Positions 13,624 through 27,000 of a stretch of DNA of 64,000 nucleotides are shown piece after piece. The notes under the pieces are model-generated. The model ran no database searches. It had not been told where the DNA came from and saw nothing but the letters and a program-made list of their open reading frames with translations. How positions within the stretch are numbered: the first letter of the stretch is position 1; each line of letters begins with the position of its first letter. The position numbers and the translations under genes were made by a program. Source of the DNA: Balanoglossus misakiensis (taxonomy: Eukaryota > Animalia > Hemichordata); contig CM082597.2 in assembly GCA_040954595.2 (NCBI GenBank), positions 1,160,886-1,224,885 of the forward strand. The letters run 5' to 3'.

Positions 13624-13706
13624 AGAATCGTTCTTCCCAACTCTAGATGGCGCTCTGATATCCCAAAGAATCGTTCTTCCCACCTCTAGATGGCGCTCTG
13701 ATATCC
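13624..13706 (+). repeat. 43-bp tandem duplication, each copy carrying a CTCF-like motif
   Basis: agaatcgttcttccca(a/c)ctctagatggcgctctgatatcc starts at 13624 and again at 13667. Confidence 0.9.
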
Positions 13707-13880
13707 AGAGCATGTTTTACAATTTACTGAGTTTGTTATTTCCACCTGCAGATAACTGGACGTGTTGTGTAAATACAGTATTATTTTTAACCCCTTTTCA
13801 AAGTGACATTTTTATTTGCTGTAAAATATTTATTTGTATTCCTAGTATAACTTGTACAGAGGTAGAGGTAGGTTTAGATA

Positions 13881-13886
13881 AATAAA
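13881..13886 (+). terminator. Candidate polyadenylation signal of the nephrin-like gene
   Basis: AATAAA followed by a U/GU-rich tract (cttcttttctcagttttgtttatgttgg). A second AATAAA at 14345-14350 precedes gtgtgtgt. Confidence 0.4.
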
Positions 13887-15082
13887 CAGTTTCATGGACT
13901 ACTTCTTTTCTCAGTTTTGTTTATGTTGGAAAATTAATGTCAACACCTGATAGCCTACAGCGTTCAATTATACATTGTTACCGCATGTGATTTGTCGAAG
14001 GAACAACTTGGATTTCAAGCACATAATTTTAAAATTTCCATCTTTGTAAATTGTTTCATAAATACAGATATTCAGAGCTGTGTTTTTGGCAAACAGTTTA
14101 AAATGTAACAACATTCACTGTTTAAAAACCAAACATGGTTGGTCGGACAGTCATTTCTATTGTTCAGTTTCATTTTTATATTTTTCAGGAAAACTTTTGG
14201 TTCTTTTAAAACGGGAAATCGAGAGCATTTGTCCAGTTACTCCTTTCACGCTTAATTTGATTCCAAAAAATCTTGATTGTAAATAACATTGTAGTGCCAA
14301 GATGGACAAGCTTATGTAAGATTTTTTTTTTGAGAGAGAAGAAAAATAAAAATGTTTTAAAGTAATGAAGTGTGTGTGTATTTATATTTATACAGGATTT
14401 TTTGAAGTGCTAACAAGATGGGGCTTATTATAATATATAAGTGAGAAAAAATACATTCTTATGTCATATATTATTTGCACTGGGCTTGACCTTTGGTTAG
14501 GGTTTCATTTCTACCTTGCACACAGTTTTGTCTTGCAAGGTTGTTTTCTTACATACCAGAACTTCCTTGAAGTCCCTTGCTGACACACATGTACAATCAA
14601 AATTTCCTAGTAAATAAAACCCCCCATTAAATTTACAAGTTTCGAGAAAAAATGACAGAAAAATGTTACTTACAGAAGAGGATGTCTGCAGTGGGGCCCT
14701 CACACCAGAACCAGAAAAAGCTTCCTTGATTTTTGTCAAGTCACTTTCCAAGACCAATGGTTGATGAACAATATCTTGGAAAATTCAGTCAATATGGTCA
14801 TGACCTTCACTTTCACTTGGTATGTTGGCCAGGGTTGTTGGACACTGCTCTTGGTAACGAATAGGTCGTTCTTGTCACTGCTTTCAGCCATGATGTTTGT
14901 CCGTCAAAGACTGAGTTTCAAATGATGGAAGTGACACCTCACTGACCATCTGTCAAATGAACTGGCTGATAACTATCCAATCGCAATGTCTCATTCAGCA
15001 GGTGTATTTTCTGAAGCTTGTGATTGGTTGTTGTAATTGAGACGTTGTTTAGCATATTAAGATGTTGTCATTAGCATGTTTA

Positions 15083-18000
15083 CCATCATGGTTTTTGTCG
15101 AAAAACCGCGAATTTTCGAGTTGCCGAATTTCGAGATTTTCGGCCGATTTGAACATTTTTCATGGGTTAACCATCATGGTTTTTGTCGAAAAACCGCGAA
15201 TTTTCGAGTTGCCGAATTTCGAGATTTTCGGCCGATTTGAACATTTTTCATGGGTTAACCATCATGGTTTTTGTCGAAAAACCGCGAATTTTCGAGTTGC
15301 CGAATTTCGAGATTTTCGGCCGATTTGAACATTTTTCATGGGTTAACCATCATGGATTTTGTCGAAAAACCGCGAATTTTCGAGTTGCCGAATTTCGAGA
15401 TTTTAGGCCGTTTTGAACATTTTTCATGGGTTAACCATCATGGTTTTTGTCGAAAAACCGCGAATTTTCGAGTTGCCGAATTTCGAGATTTTCGGCCGAT
15501 TTGAACATTTTTCATGGGTTAACCATCATGGTTTTTGTCGAAAAACCGCGAATTTTCGAGTTGCCGAATTTCGAGATTTTCGGCCGATTTGAACATTTTT
15601 CATGGGTTAACCATCATGGTTTTTGTCGAAAAACCGCGAATTTTCGAGTTGCCGAATTTCGAGATTTTCGGCCGATTTGAACATTTTTCATGGGTTAACC
15701 ATCAGGGTTTTTGTCGAAAAACCACGAATTTTCGAGTTGCCGAATTTCGAGATTTTCGGCCGATTTGAACATTTTTCATGGGTTAACCATCATGGTTTTT
15801 GTCGAAAAACCGCGAATTTTCGAGTTGCCGAATTTCGAGATTTTCGGCCGATTTGAACGTTTTTCATGGGTTAACCATCATGGTTTTTGTCGAAAAACCG
15901 CGAATTTTCGAGTTGCCGAATTTCGAGATTTTCGGCCGATTTGAACATTTTTCATGGGTTAACCATCATGGTTTTTGTCGAAAAACCGCGAATTTTCGAG
16001 TTGTCGAATTTCGAGATTTTCGGCCGATTTGAACATTTTTCATGGGTTAACCATCATGGTTTTTGTCGAAAAACCGCGAATTTTCGAGTTGCCGAATTTC
16101 GAGATTTTCGGCCGATTTGAACATTTTTCATGGGTTAACCATCATGGTTTTTGTCGAAAAACCGCGAATTTTCGAGTTGCCGAATTTCGAGATTTTCGGC
16201 CGATTTGAACATTTTTCATGGGTTAACCATCATGGTTTTTGTCGAAAAACCGCGATTTTTCGAGTTGCCGAATTTCGAGATTTTCGGCCGATTTGAACAT
16301 TTTTCATGGGTTAACCATCATGGTTTTTGTCGAAAAACCGCGATTTTTCGAGTTGCCGAATTTCGAGATTTTCGGCCGATTTGAACATTTTTCATGGGTT
16401 AACCATCATGGTTTTTGTCGAAAAACCGCGAATTTTCGAGTTGCCGAATTTCGAGATTTTCGGCCGATTTGAACATTTTTCATGGGTTAACCATCATGGT
16501 TTTTGTCGAAAAACCGCGAATTTTCGAGTTGCCGAATTTCGAGATTTTCGGCCGATTTGAACATTTTTCATGGGTTAACCATCATGGTTTTTGTCGAAAA
16601 ACCGCGAATTTTCGAGTTGCCGAATTTCGAGATTTTCGGCCGATTTGAACATTTTTCATGGGTTAACCATCATGGTTTTTGTCGAAAAACCGCGAATTTT
16701 CGAGTTGCCGAATTTCGAGATTTTCGGCCGATTTGAACATTTTTCATGGGTTAACCATCATGGTTTTTGTCGAAAAACCGCGAATTTTCGAGTTGCCGAA
16801 TTTCGAGATTTTCGGCCGATTTGAACGTTTTTCATGGGTTAACCATCATGGTTTTTGTCGAAAAACCGCGAATTTTCGAGTTGCCGAATTTCGAGATTTT
16901 CGGCCGATTTGAACGTTTTTCATGGGTTAACCATCATGGTTTTTGTCGAAAAACCGCGAATTTTCGAGTTGCCGAATTTCGAGATTTTCGGCCGATTTGA
17001 ACGTTTTACATGGGTTAACCATCATGGTTTTTGTCGAAAAACCGCGAATTTTCGAGTTGCCGAATTTCGAGATTTTCGGCCGATTTGAACGTTTTTCATG
17101 GGTTAACCATCATGGTTTTTGTCGAAAAACCGCGAATTTTCGAGTTGCCGAATTTCGAGATTTTCGGCCGATTTGAACGTTTTTCATGGGTTAACCATCA
17201 TGGTTTTTGTCGAAAAACCGCGAATTTTCGAGTTGCCGAATTTCGAGATTTTCGGCCGATTTGAACGTATTTCATGGGTTAACCATCATGGTTTTTGTCG
17301 AAAAACCGCGAATTTTCGAGTTGCCGAATTTCGAGATTTTCGGCCGATTTGAACGTTTTTCATGGGTTAACCATCATGGTTTTTGTCGAAAAACCGCGAA
17401 TTTTCGAGTTGCCGAATTTCGAGATTTTCGGCCGATTTGAACGTTTTTCATGGGTTAACCATCATGGTTTTTGTCGAAAAACCGCGAATTTTCGAGTTGC
17501 CGAATTTCGAGATTTTCGGCCGATTTGAACGTTTTTCATGGGTTAACCATCATGGTTTTTGTCGAAAAACCGCGAATTTTCGAGTTGCCGAATTTCGAGA
17601 TTTTCGGCCGATTTGAACGTTTTTCATGGGTTAACCATCATGGTTTTTGTCGAAAAACCGCGAATTTTCGAGTTGCCGAATTTCGAGATTTTCGGCCGAT
17701 TTGAACGTTTTTCATGGGTTAACCATCATGGTTTTTGTCGAAAAACCGCGAATTTTCGAGTTGCCGAATTTCGAGATTTTCGGCCGATTTGAACGTTTTT
17801 CATGGGTTAACCATCATGGTTTTTGTCGAAAAACCGCGAATTTTCGAGTTGCCGAATTTCGAGATTTTCGGCCGATTTGAACGTTTTTCATGGGTTAACC
17901 ATCATGGTTTTTGTCGAAAAACCGCGAATTTTCGAGTTGCCGAATTTCGAGATTTTCGGCCGATTTGAACGTTTTTCATGGGTTAACCATCATGGTTTTT

Positions 18001-21000
18001 GTCGAAAACCGCGAATTTTCGAGTTGCAGGAATTTCGAAATTTTCGGCCGATTTGAACGTTTTTCATGGGTTAACCATCATGGTTTTTGTCGAAAACTCT
18101 CACAGATGTTGTCGAAAAACTTCACGAAACGTGTATCTAGTTGCGAATTTCGAATTTTCGGCCGATTTGAAGTTTTTCATGGGTTAACCATCATGGTTTT
18201 TGTCGAAATTTCGAGATTTTCGGCCGATTTGAACGTTTTTCATGGGTTAACCATCATGGTTTTTGTCGAAAAACCGCGAATTTTCGAGTTGCCGAATTTC
18301 GAGATTTTCGGCCGATTTGAACGTTTTTCATGGGTTAACCATCATGGTTTTTGTCGAAAAACCGCGAATTTTCGAGTTGACGAATTTCGAGATTTTCGGC
18401 CGATTTGAACGTTTTTCATGGGTTAACCATCATGGTTTTTGTCGAAAAACCGCGAATTTTCGAGTTGCCGAATTTCGAGATTTTCGGCCGATTTGAACGT
18501 TTTTCATGGGTTAACCATCATGGTTTTTGTCGAAAAACCGCGAATTTTCGAGTTGCCGAATTTCGAGATTTTCGGCCGATTTGAACGTTTTTCATGGGTT
18601 AACCATCATGGTTTTTGTCGAAAAACCGCGAATTTTCGAGTTGCCGAATTTCGAGATTTTCGGCCGATTTGAACGTTTTTCATGGGTTAACCATCATGGT
18701 TTTTGTCGAAAAACCGCGAATTTTCGAGTTGCCGAATTTCGAGATTTTCGGCCGATTTGAACGTTTTTCATGGGTTAACCATCATGGTTTTTGTCGAAAT
18801 ACCGCGAATTTTCGAGTTGCCGAATTTCGAGATTTTCGGCCGATTTGAACGTTTTTCATGGGTTAACCATCATGGTTTTTGTCGAAAAACCGCGAATTTT
18901 CGAGTTGCCGAATTTCGAGATTTTCGGCCGATTTGAACATTTTTCATGGGTTAACCATCATGGTTTTTGTCGAAAAACCGCGAATTTTCGAGTTGCCGAA
19001 TTTCGAGATTTTCGGCCGATTTGAACATTTTTCATGGGTTAACCATCATGGTTTTTGTCGAAAAACCGCGAATTTTCGAGTTGCCGAATTTCGAGATTTT
19101 CGGCCGATTTGAACATTTTTCATGGGTTAACCATCATGGTTTTTGTCGAAAAACCGCGAATTTTCGAGTTGCCGAATTTCGAGATTTTCGGCCGATTTGA
19201 ACATTTTTCATGGGTTAACCATCATGGTTTTTGTCGAAAAACCGCGAATTTTCGAGTTGCCGAATTTCGAGATTTTCGGCCGATTTGAACATTTTTCATG
19301 GGTTAACCATCATGGTTTTTGTCGAAAAACCGCGAATTTTCGAGTTGCCGAATTTCGAGATTTTCGGCCGATTTGAACATTTTTCATAGGTTAACCATCA
19401 TGGTTTTTGTCGAAAAACCGCGAATTTTCGAGTTGCCGAATTTCGAGATTTTCGGCCGATTTGAACATTTTTCATGGGTTAACCATCATGGTTTTTGTCG
19501 AAAAACCGCGAATTTTCGAGTTGCCGAATTTCGAGATTTTCGGCCGATTTGAACATTTTTCATGGGTTAACCATCATGGTTTTTGTCGAAAAGCCGCGAA
19601 TTTTCGAGTTGCCGAATTTCGAGATTTTCGGCCGATTTGAACATTTTTCATAGGTTAACCATCATGGTTTTTGTCGAAAAGCCGCGAATTTTCGAGTTGC
19701 CGAATTTCGAGATTTTCGGCCGATTTGAACATTTTTCATGGGTTAACCATCATGGTTTTTGTCGAAAAGCCGCGAATTTTCGAGTTGCCGAATTTCGAGA
19801 TTTTCGGCCGATTTGAACATTTTTCATGGGTTAACCATCATGGTTTTTGTCGAAAAACCGCGAATTTTCGAGTTGCCGAATTTCGAGATTTTCGGCCGTT
19901 TTGAACATTTTTCATGGGTTAACCATCATGGTTTTTGTCGAAAAACCGCGAATTTTCGAGTTGCCGAATTTCGAGATTTTCGGCCGATTTGAACATTTTT
20001 CATGGGTTAACCATCATGGTTTTTGTCGAAAAACCGCGAATTTTCGAGTTGCCGAATTTCGAGATTTTCGGCCGTTTTGAACATTTTTCATGGGTTAACC
20101 ATCATGGTTTTTGTCGAAAAACCGCGAATTTTCGAGTTGCCGAATTTCGAGATTTTCGGCCGTTTTGAACATTTTTCATGGGTTAACCATCATGGTTTTT
20201 GTCGAAAAACCGCGAATTTTCGAGTTGCCGAATTTCGAGATTTTCGGCCGTTTTGAACATTTTTCATGGGTTAACCATCATGGTTTTTGTCGAAAAACCG
20301 CGAATTTTCGAGTTGCCGAATTTCGAGATTTTCGGCCGATTTGAACATTTTTCATGGGTTAACCATCATGGTTTTGTCGAAAAACCGCGAATTTTCGAGT
20401 TGCCGAATTTCGAGATTTTCGGCCGATTTGAACATTTTTCATGGGTTAACCATCATGGTTTTTGTCGAAAAACCGCGAATTTTCGAGTTGCCGAATTTCG
20501 AGATTTTCGGCCGATTTGAACATTTTTCATGGGTTAACCATCATGGTTTTTGTCGAAAAGCCGCGAATTTTCGAGTTGCCGAATTTCGAGATTTTCGGCC
20601 GATTTGAACATTTTTCATGGGTTAACCATCATGGTTTTTGTCGAAAAGCCGCGAATTTTCGAGTTGCCGAATTTCGAGATTTTCGGCCGATTTGAACATT
20701 TTTCATAGGTTAACCATCATGGTTTTTGTCGAAAAGCCGCGAATTTTCGAGTTGCCGAATTTCGAGATTTTCGGCCGATTTGAACATTTTTCATGGGTTA
20801 ACCATCATGGTTTTTGTCGAAAAGCCGCGAATTTTCGAGTTGCCGAATTTCGAGATTTTCGGCCGATTTGAACATTTTTCATGGGTTAACCATCATGGTT
20901 TTTGTCGAAAAACCGCGAATTTTCGAGTTGCCGAATTTCGAGATTTTCGGCCGTTTGAACATTTTTCATGGGTTAACCATCATGGTTTTTGTCGAAAAAC

Positions 21001-24000
21001 CGCGAATTTTCGAGTTGCCGAATTTCGAGATTTTCGGCCGATTTGAACATTTTTCATGGGTTAACCATCATGGTTTTTGTCGAAAAACCGCGAATTTTCG
21101 AGTTGCCGAATTTCGAGATTTTCGGCCGTTTTGAACATTTTTCATGGGTTAACCATCATGGTTTTTGTCGAAAAACCGCGAATTTCGAGTTGCCGAATTT
21201 CGAGATTTTCGGCCGTTTTGAACATTTTTCATGGGTTAACCATCATGGTTTTTGTCGAAAAACCGCGAATTTTCGAGTTGCCGAATTTCGAGATTTTCGG
21301 CCGTTTTGAACATTTTTCATGGGTTAACCATCATGGTTTTGTCGAAAAACCGCGAATTTTCGAGTTGCCGAATTTCGAGATTTTCGGCCGATTTGAACAT
21401 TTTTCATGGGTTAACCATCATGGTTTTTGTCGAAAAACCGCGAATTTTCGAGTTGCCGAATTTCGAGATTTTCGGGCCGTTTTGAACATTTTTCATGGGT
21501 TAACCATCATGGTTTTTGTCGAAAAACCGCGAATTTTCGAGTTGCCGAATTTCGAGATTTTCGGCCGATTTGAACATTTTACATGGGTTAACCATCATGG
21601 TTTTTGTCGAAAAACCGCGAATTTTCGAGTTGCCGAATTTCGAGATTTTCGGCCGATTTGAACATTTTTCATGGGTTAACCATCATGGTTTTTGTCGAAA
21701 AACCGCGAATTTTCGAGTTGCCGAATTTCGAGATTTTCGGCCGTTTTGAACATTTTTCATGGGTTAACCATCATGGTTTTTGTCGAAAAACCGCGAATTT
21801 TCGAGTTGCCGAATTTCGAGATTTTCGGCGATTTGAACATTTTTCATGGGTTAACCATCATGGTTTTTGTCGAAAAACCGCGAATTTTCGAGTTGCCGAA
21901 TTTCGAGATTTTCGGCCGTTTTGAACATTTTTCATGGGTTAACCATCATGGTTTTTGTCGAAAAACCGCGAATTTTCGAGTTGCCGAATTTCGAGATTTT
22001 CGGCCGATTTGAACATTTTTCATGGGTTAACCATCATGGTTTTTGTCGAAAAACCGCGAATTTTCGAGTTGCCGAATTTCGAGATTTTCGGGCGTTTTGA
22101 ACATTTTTCATGGGTTAACCATCATGGTTTTTGTCGAAAAACCGCGAATTTTCGAGTTGCCGAATTTCGAGATTTTCGGCCGATTTGAACATTTTACATG
22201 GGTTAACCATCATGGTTTTTGTCGAAAAACCGCGAATTTTCGAGTTGCCGAATTTCGAGATTTTCGGCCGATTTGAACATTTTTCATGGGTTAACCATCA
22301 TGGTTTTTGTCGAAAAACCGCGAATTTTCGAGTTGCCGAATTTCGAGATTTTCGGCCGTTTTGAACATTTTTCATGGGTTAACCATCATGGTTTTTGTCG
22401 AAAAACCGCGAATTTTCGAGTTGCCGAATTTCGAGATTTTCGGGCGATTTGAACATTTTTCATGGGTTAACCATCATGGTTTTTGTCGAAAAACCGCGAA
22501 TTTTCGAGTTGCCGAATTTCGAGATTTTCGGCCGATTTGAACATTTTTCATGGGTTAACCATCATGGTTTTTGTCGAAAAACCGCGAATTTTCGAGTTGC
22601 CGAATTTCGAGATTTACGGCCGATTTGAACATTTTTAATGGGTTAAACATCATGGTTTTTGTCGAAAAACCGCGAATTTTCGAGTTGCCGAATTTCGAGA
22701 TTTTCGGCCGATTTGAACATTTTTCATGGGTTAACCATCATGGTTTTTGTCGAAAAACCGCGAATTTTCGAGTTGCCGAATTTCGAGATTTTCGGCCGAT
22801 TTGAACATTTTTCATGGGTTAACCATCATGGTTTTTGTCGAAAAACCGCGAATTTTCGAGTTGCCGAATTTCGAGATTTTCGGCCGATTTGAACATTTTT
22901 CATGGGTTAACCATCATGGTTTTTGTCGAAAAACCGCGAATTTTCGAGTTGCCGAATTTCGAGATTTTCGGCCGATTTGAACATTTTTCATGGGTTAACC
23001 ATCATGGTTTTTGTCGAAAAAACCGCGAATTTTCGAGTTGCCGAATTTCGAGATTTTCGGCCGATTTGAACATTTTTCATGGGTTAACCATCATGGTTTT
23101 TGTCGAAAAACCGCGAATTTTCGAGTTGCCGAATTTCGAGATTTTCGGCCGATTTGAACATTTTTCATGGGTTAACCATCATGGTTTTTGTCGAAAAACC
23201 GCGAATTTTCGAGTTGCCGAATTTCGAGATTTTCGGCCGATTTGAACATTTTTCATGGGTTAACCATCATGGTTTTTGTCGAAAAACCGCGAATTTTCGA
23301 GTTGCCGAATTTCGAGATTTTCGGCCGATTTGAACATTTTTCATGGGTTAACCATCATGGTTTTTGTCGAAAAACCGCGAATTTTCGAGTTGCCGAATTT
23401 CGAGATTTTCGGCCGTTTTGAACATTTTTCATGGGTTAACCATCATGGTTTTTGTCGAAAAACCGCGAATTTTCGAGTTGCCGAATTTCGAGATTTTCGG
23501 CCGATTTGAACATTTTACATGGGTTAACCATCATGGTTTTGTCGAAAAACCGCGAATTTTCGAGTTGCCGAATTTCGAGATTTTCGGCCGATTTGAACAT
23601 TTTTCATGGGTTAACCATCATGGTTTTTTGTCGAAAAACCGCGAATTTTCGAGTTGCCGAATTTCGAGATTTTCGGCCGTTTTGAACATTTTTCATGGGT
23701 TAACCATCATGGTTTTTGTCGAAAAACCGCGAATTTTCGAGTTGCCGAATTTCGAGATTTTCGGCCGTTTTGAACATTTTTCATGGGTTAACCATCATGG
23801 TTTTTGTCGAAAAACCGCGAATTTTCGAGTTGCCGAATTTCGAGATTTTCGGCCGATTTGAACATTTTTCATGGGTTAACCATCATGGTTTTTGTCGAAA
23901 AACCGCGAATTTTCGAGTTGCCGAATTTCGAGATTTTCGGCCGATTTGAACATTTTTCATGGGTTAACCATCATGGTTTTTGTCGAAAAACCGCGAATTT

Positions 24001-27000
24001 TCGAGTTGCCGAATTTCGAGATTTACGGCCGATTTGAACATTTTTCATGGGTTAAACATCATGGTTTTTGTCGAAAAACCGCGAATTTTCGAGTTGCCGA
24101 ATTTCGAGATTTTCGGCCGATTTGAACATTTTTCATGGGTTAACCATCATGGTTTTTGTCGAAAAACCGCGAATTTTCGAGTTGCCGAATTTCGAGATTT
24201 TCGGCCGATTTGAACATTTTTCATGGGTTAACCATCATGGTTTTTGTCGAAAAACCGCGAATTTTCGAGTTGCCGAATTTCGAGATTTTCGGCCGATTTG
24301 AACATTTTTCATGGGTTAACCATCATGGTTTTTGTCGAAAAACCGCGAATTTTCGAGTTGCCCAATTTCGAGATTTTCGGCCGATTTGAACATTTTTCAT
24401 GGGTTAACCATCATGGTTTTTGTCGAAAAACCGCGAATTTTCGAGTTGCCGAATTTCGAGATTTTCGGCCGATTTGAACATTTTTCATGGGTTAACCATC
24501 ATGGTTTTTGTCGAAAAACCGCGAATTTTCGAGTTGCCGAATTTCGAGATTTCCGGCCGATTTGAACATTTTTCATGGGTTAACCATCATGGTTTTTGTC
24601 GAAAAACCGCGAATTTTCGAGTTGCCCAATTTCGAGATTTCCGGCCGATTTGAACATTTTTCATGGGTTAACCATCATGGTTTTTGTCGAAAAACCGCGA
24701 ATTTTCGAGTTGCCGAATTTCGAGATTTTCGGCCGATTTGAACATTTTTCATGGGTTAACCATCATGGTTTTTGTCGAAAACCGCGAATTTTCGAGTTGC
24801 CGAATTTCGAGATTTTCGGCCGATTTGAACATTTTTCATGGGTTAACCATCATGGTTTTTGTCGAAAAACCGCGAATTTTCGAGATGCCGAATTTCGAGA
24901 TTTTCGGCCGATTTGAACATTTTTCATGGGTTAACCATCATGGTTTTTGTCGAAAAACCGCGAATTTTCGAGTTGCCGAATTTCGAGATTTTCGGCCGAT
25001 TTGAACATTTTTCATGGGTTAACCATCATGGTTTTTGTCGAAAAACCGCGAATTTTCGAGTTGCCGAATTTCGAGATTTCCGGCCGATTTGAACATTTTT
25101 CATGGGTTAACCATCATGGTTTTTGTCGAAAAACCGCGAATTTTCGAGTTGCCGAATTTCGAGATTTTCGGCCGATTTGAACATTTTTCATGGGTTAACC
25201 ATCATGGTTTTTGTCGAAAAACCGCGAATTTTCGAGTTGCCGAATTTCGAGATTTTCGGCCGATTTGAACATTTTTCATGGGTTAACCATCATTGTTTTT
25301 GTCGAAAAACCGCGAATTTTCGAGTTGCCGAATTTCGAGATTTTCGGCCGATTTGAACATTTTTCATGGGTTAACCATCATGGTTTTTGTCGAAAAACCG
25401 CGAATTTTCGAGTTGCCGAATTTCGAGATTTCCGGCCGATTTGAACATTTTTCATGGGTTAACCATCATGGTTTTTGTCGAAAAACCGCGAATTTTCGAG
25501 TTGCCGAATTTCGAGATTTCCGGCCGATTTGAACATTTTTCATGGGTTAACCATCATGGTTTTTGTCGAAAAACCGCGAATTTTCGAGTTGCCGAATTTC
25601 GAGATTTCCGGCCGATTTGAACATTTTTCATGGGTTAACCATCATGGTTTTTGTCGAAAAACCGCGAATTTTCGAGTTGCCGAATTTCGAGATTTCCGGC
25701 CGATTTGAACATTTTTCATGGGTTAACCATCATGGTTTTTGTCGAAAAACCGCGAATTTTCGAGTTGCCGAATTTCGAGATTTCCGGCCGATTTGAACAT
25801 TTTTCATGGGTTAACCATCATGGTTTTTGTCGAAAAACCGCGAATTTTCGAGTTGCCGAATTTCGAGATTTCCGGCCGATTTGAACATTTTTCATGGGTT
25901 AACCATCATGGTTTTTGTCGAAAAACCGCGAATTTTCGAGTTGCCCAATTTCGAGATTTCCGGCCGATTTGAACATTTTTCATGGGTTAACCATCATGGT
26001 TTTTGTCGAAAAACCGCGAATTTTCGAGTTGCCGAATTTCGAGATTTCCGGCCGATTTGAACATTTTTCATGGGTTAACCATCATGGTTTTTGTCGAAAA
26101 ACCGCGAATTTTCGAGTTGCCGAATTTCGAGATTTTCGGCCGATTTGAACATTTTTCATGGATTAACCATCATGGTTTTTGTCGAAAAACCGCGAATTTT
26201 CGAGTTGCCGAATTTCGAGATTTCCGGCCGATTTGAACATTTTTCATGGGTTAACCATCATGGTTTTTGTCGAAAAACCGCGAATTTTCGAGTTGCCGAA
26301 TTTCGAGATTTTCGGCCGATTTGAACATTTTTCATGGGTTAACCATCATGGTTTTTGTCGAAAAACCGCGAATTTTCGAGTTGCCGAATTTCGAGATTTC
26401 CGGCCGATTTGAACATTTTTCATGGGTTAACCATCATGGTTTTTGTCGAAAAACCGCGAATTTTCGAGTTGCCGAATTTCGAGATTTCCGGCCGATTTGA
26501 ACATTTTTCATGGGTTAACCATCATGGTTTTTGTCGAAAAACCGCGAATTTTCGAGTTGCCGAATTTCGAGATTTCCGGCCGATTTGAACATTTTTCATG
26601 GGTTAACCATCATGGTTTTTGTCGAAAAACCGCGAATTTTCGAGTTGCCGAATTTCGAGATTTTCGGCCGATTTGAACATTTTTCATGGGTTAACCGTCA
26701 TGGTTTTTGTCGAAAAACCGCGAATTTTCGAGTTGCCGAATTTCGAGATTTCCGGCCGATTTGAACATTTTTCATGGGTTAACCGTCATGGTTTTTGTCG
26801 AAAAACCGCGAATTTTCGAGTTGCCGAATTTCGAGATTTTCGGCCGATTTGAACATTTTTCATGGGTTAACCGTCATGGTTTTTGTCGAAAAACCGCGAA
26901 TTTTCGAGTTGCCGAATTTCGAGATTTTCGGCCGATTTGAACATTTTTCATGGGTTAACCATCATGGTTTTTGTCGAAAAACCGCGAATTTTCGAGTTGC

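Noticed and set aside
20370-24780. Cluster of about 10 single-base indels that create longer 106-194 aa ORFs
   Set aside because: Mostly homopolymer-length changes confined to one stretch; best explained by low-coverage long-read consensus error
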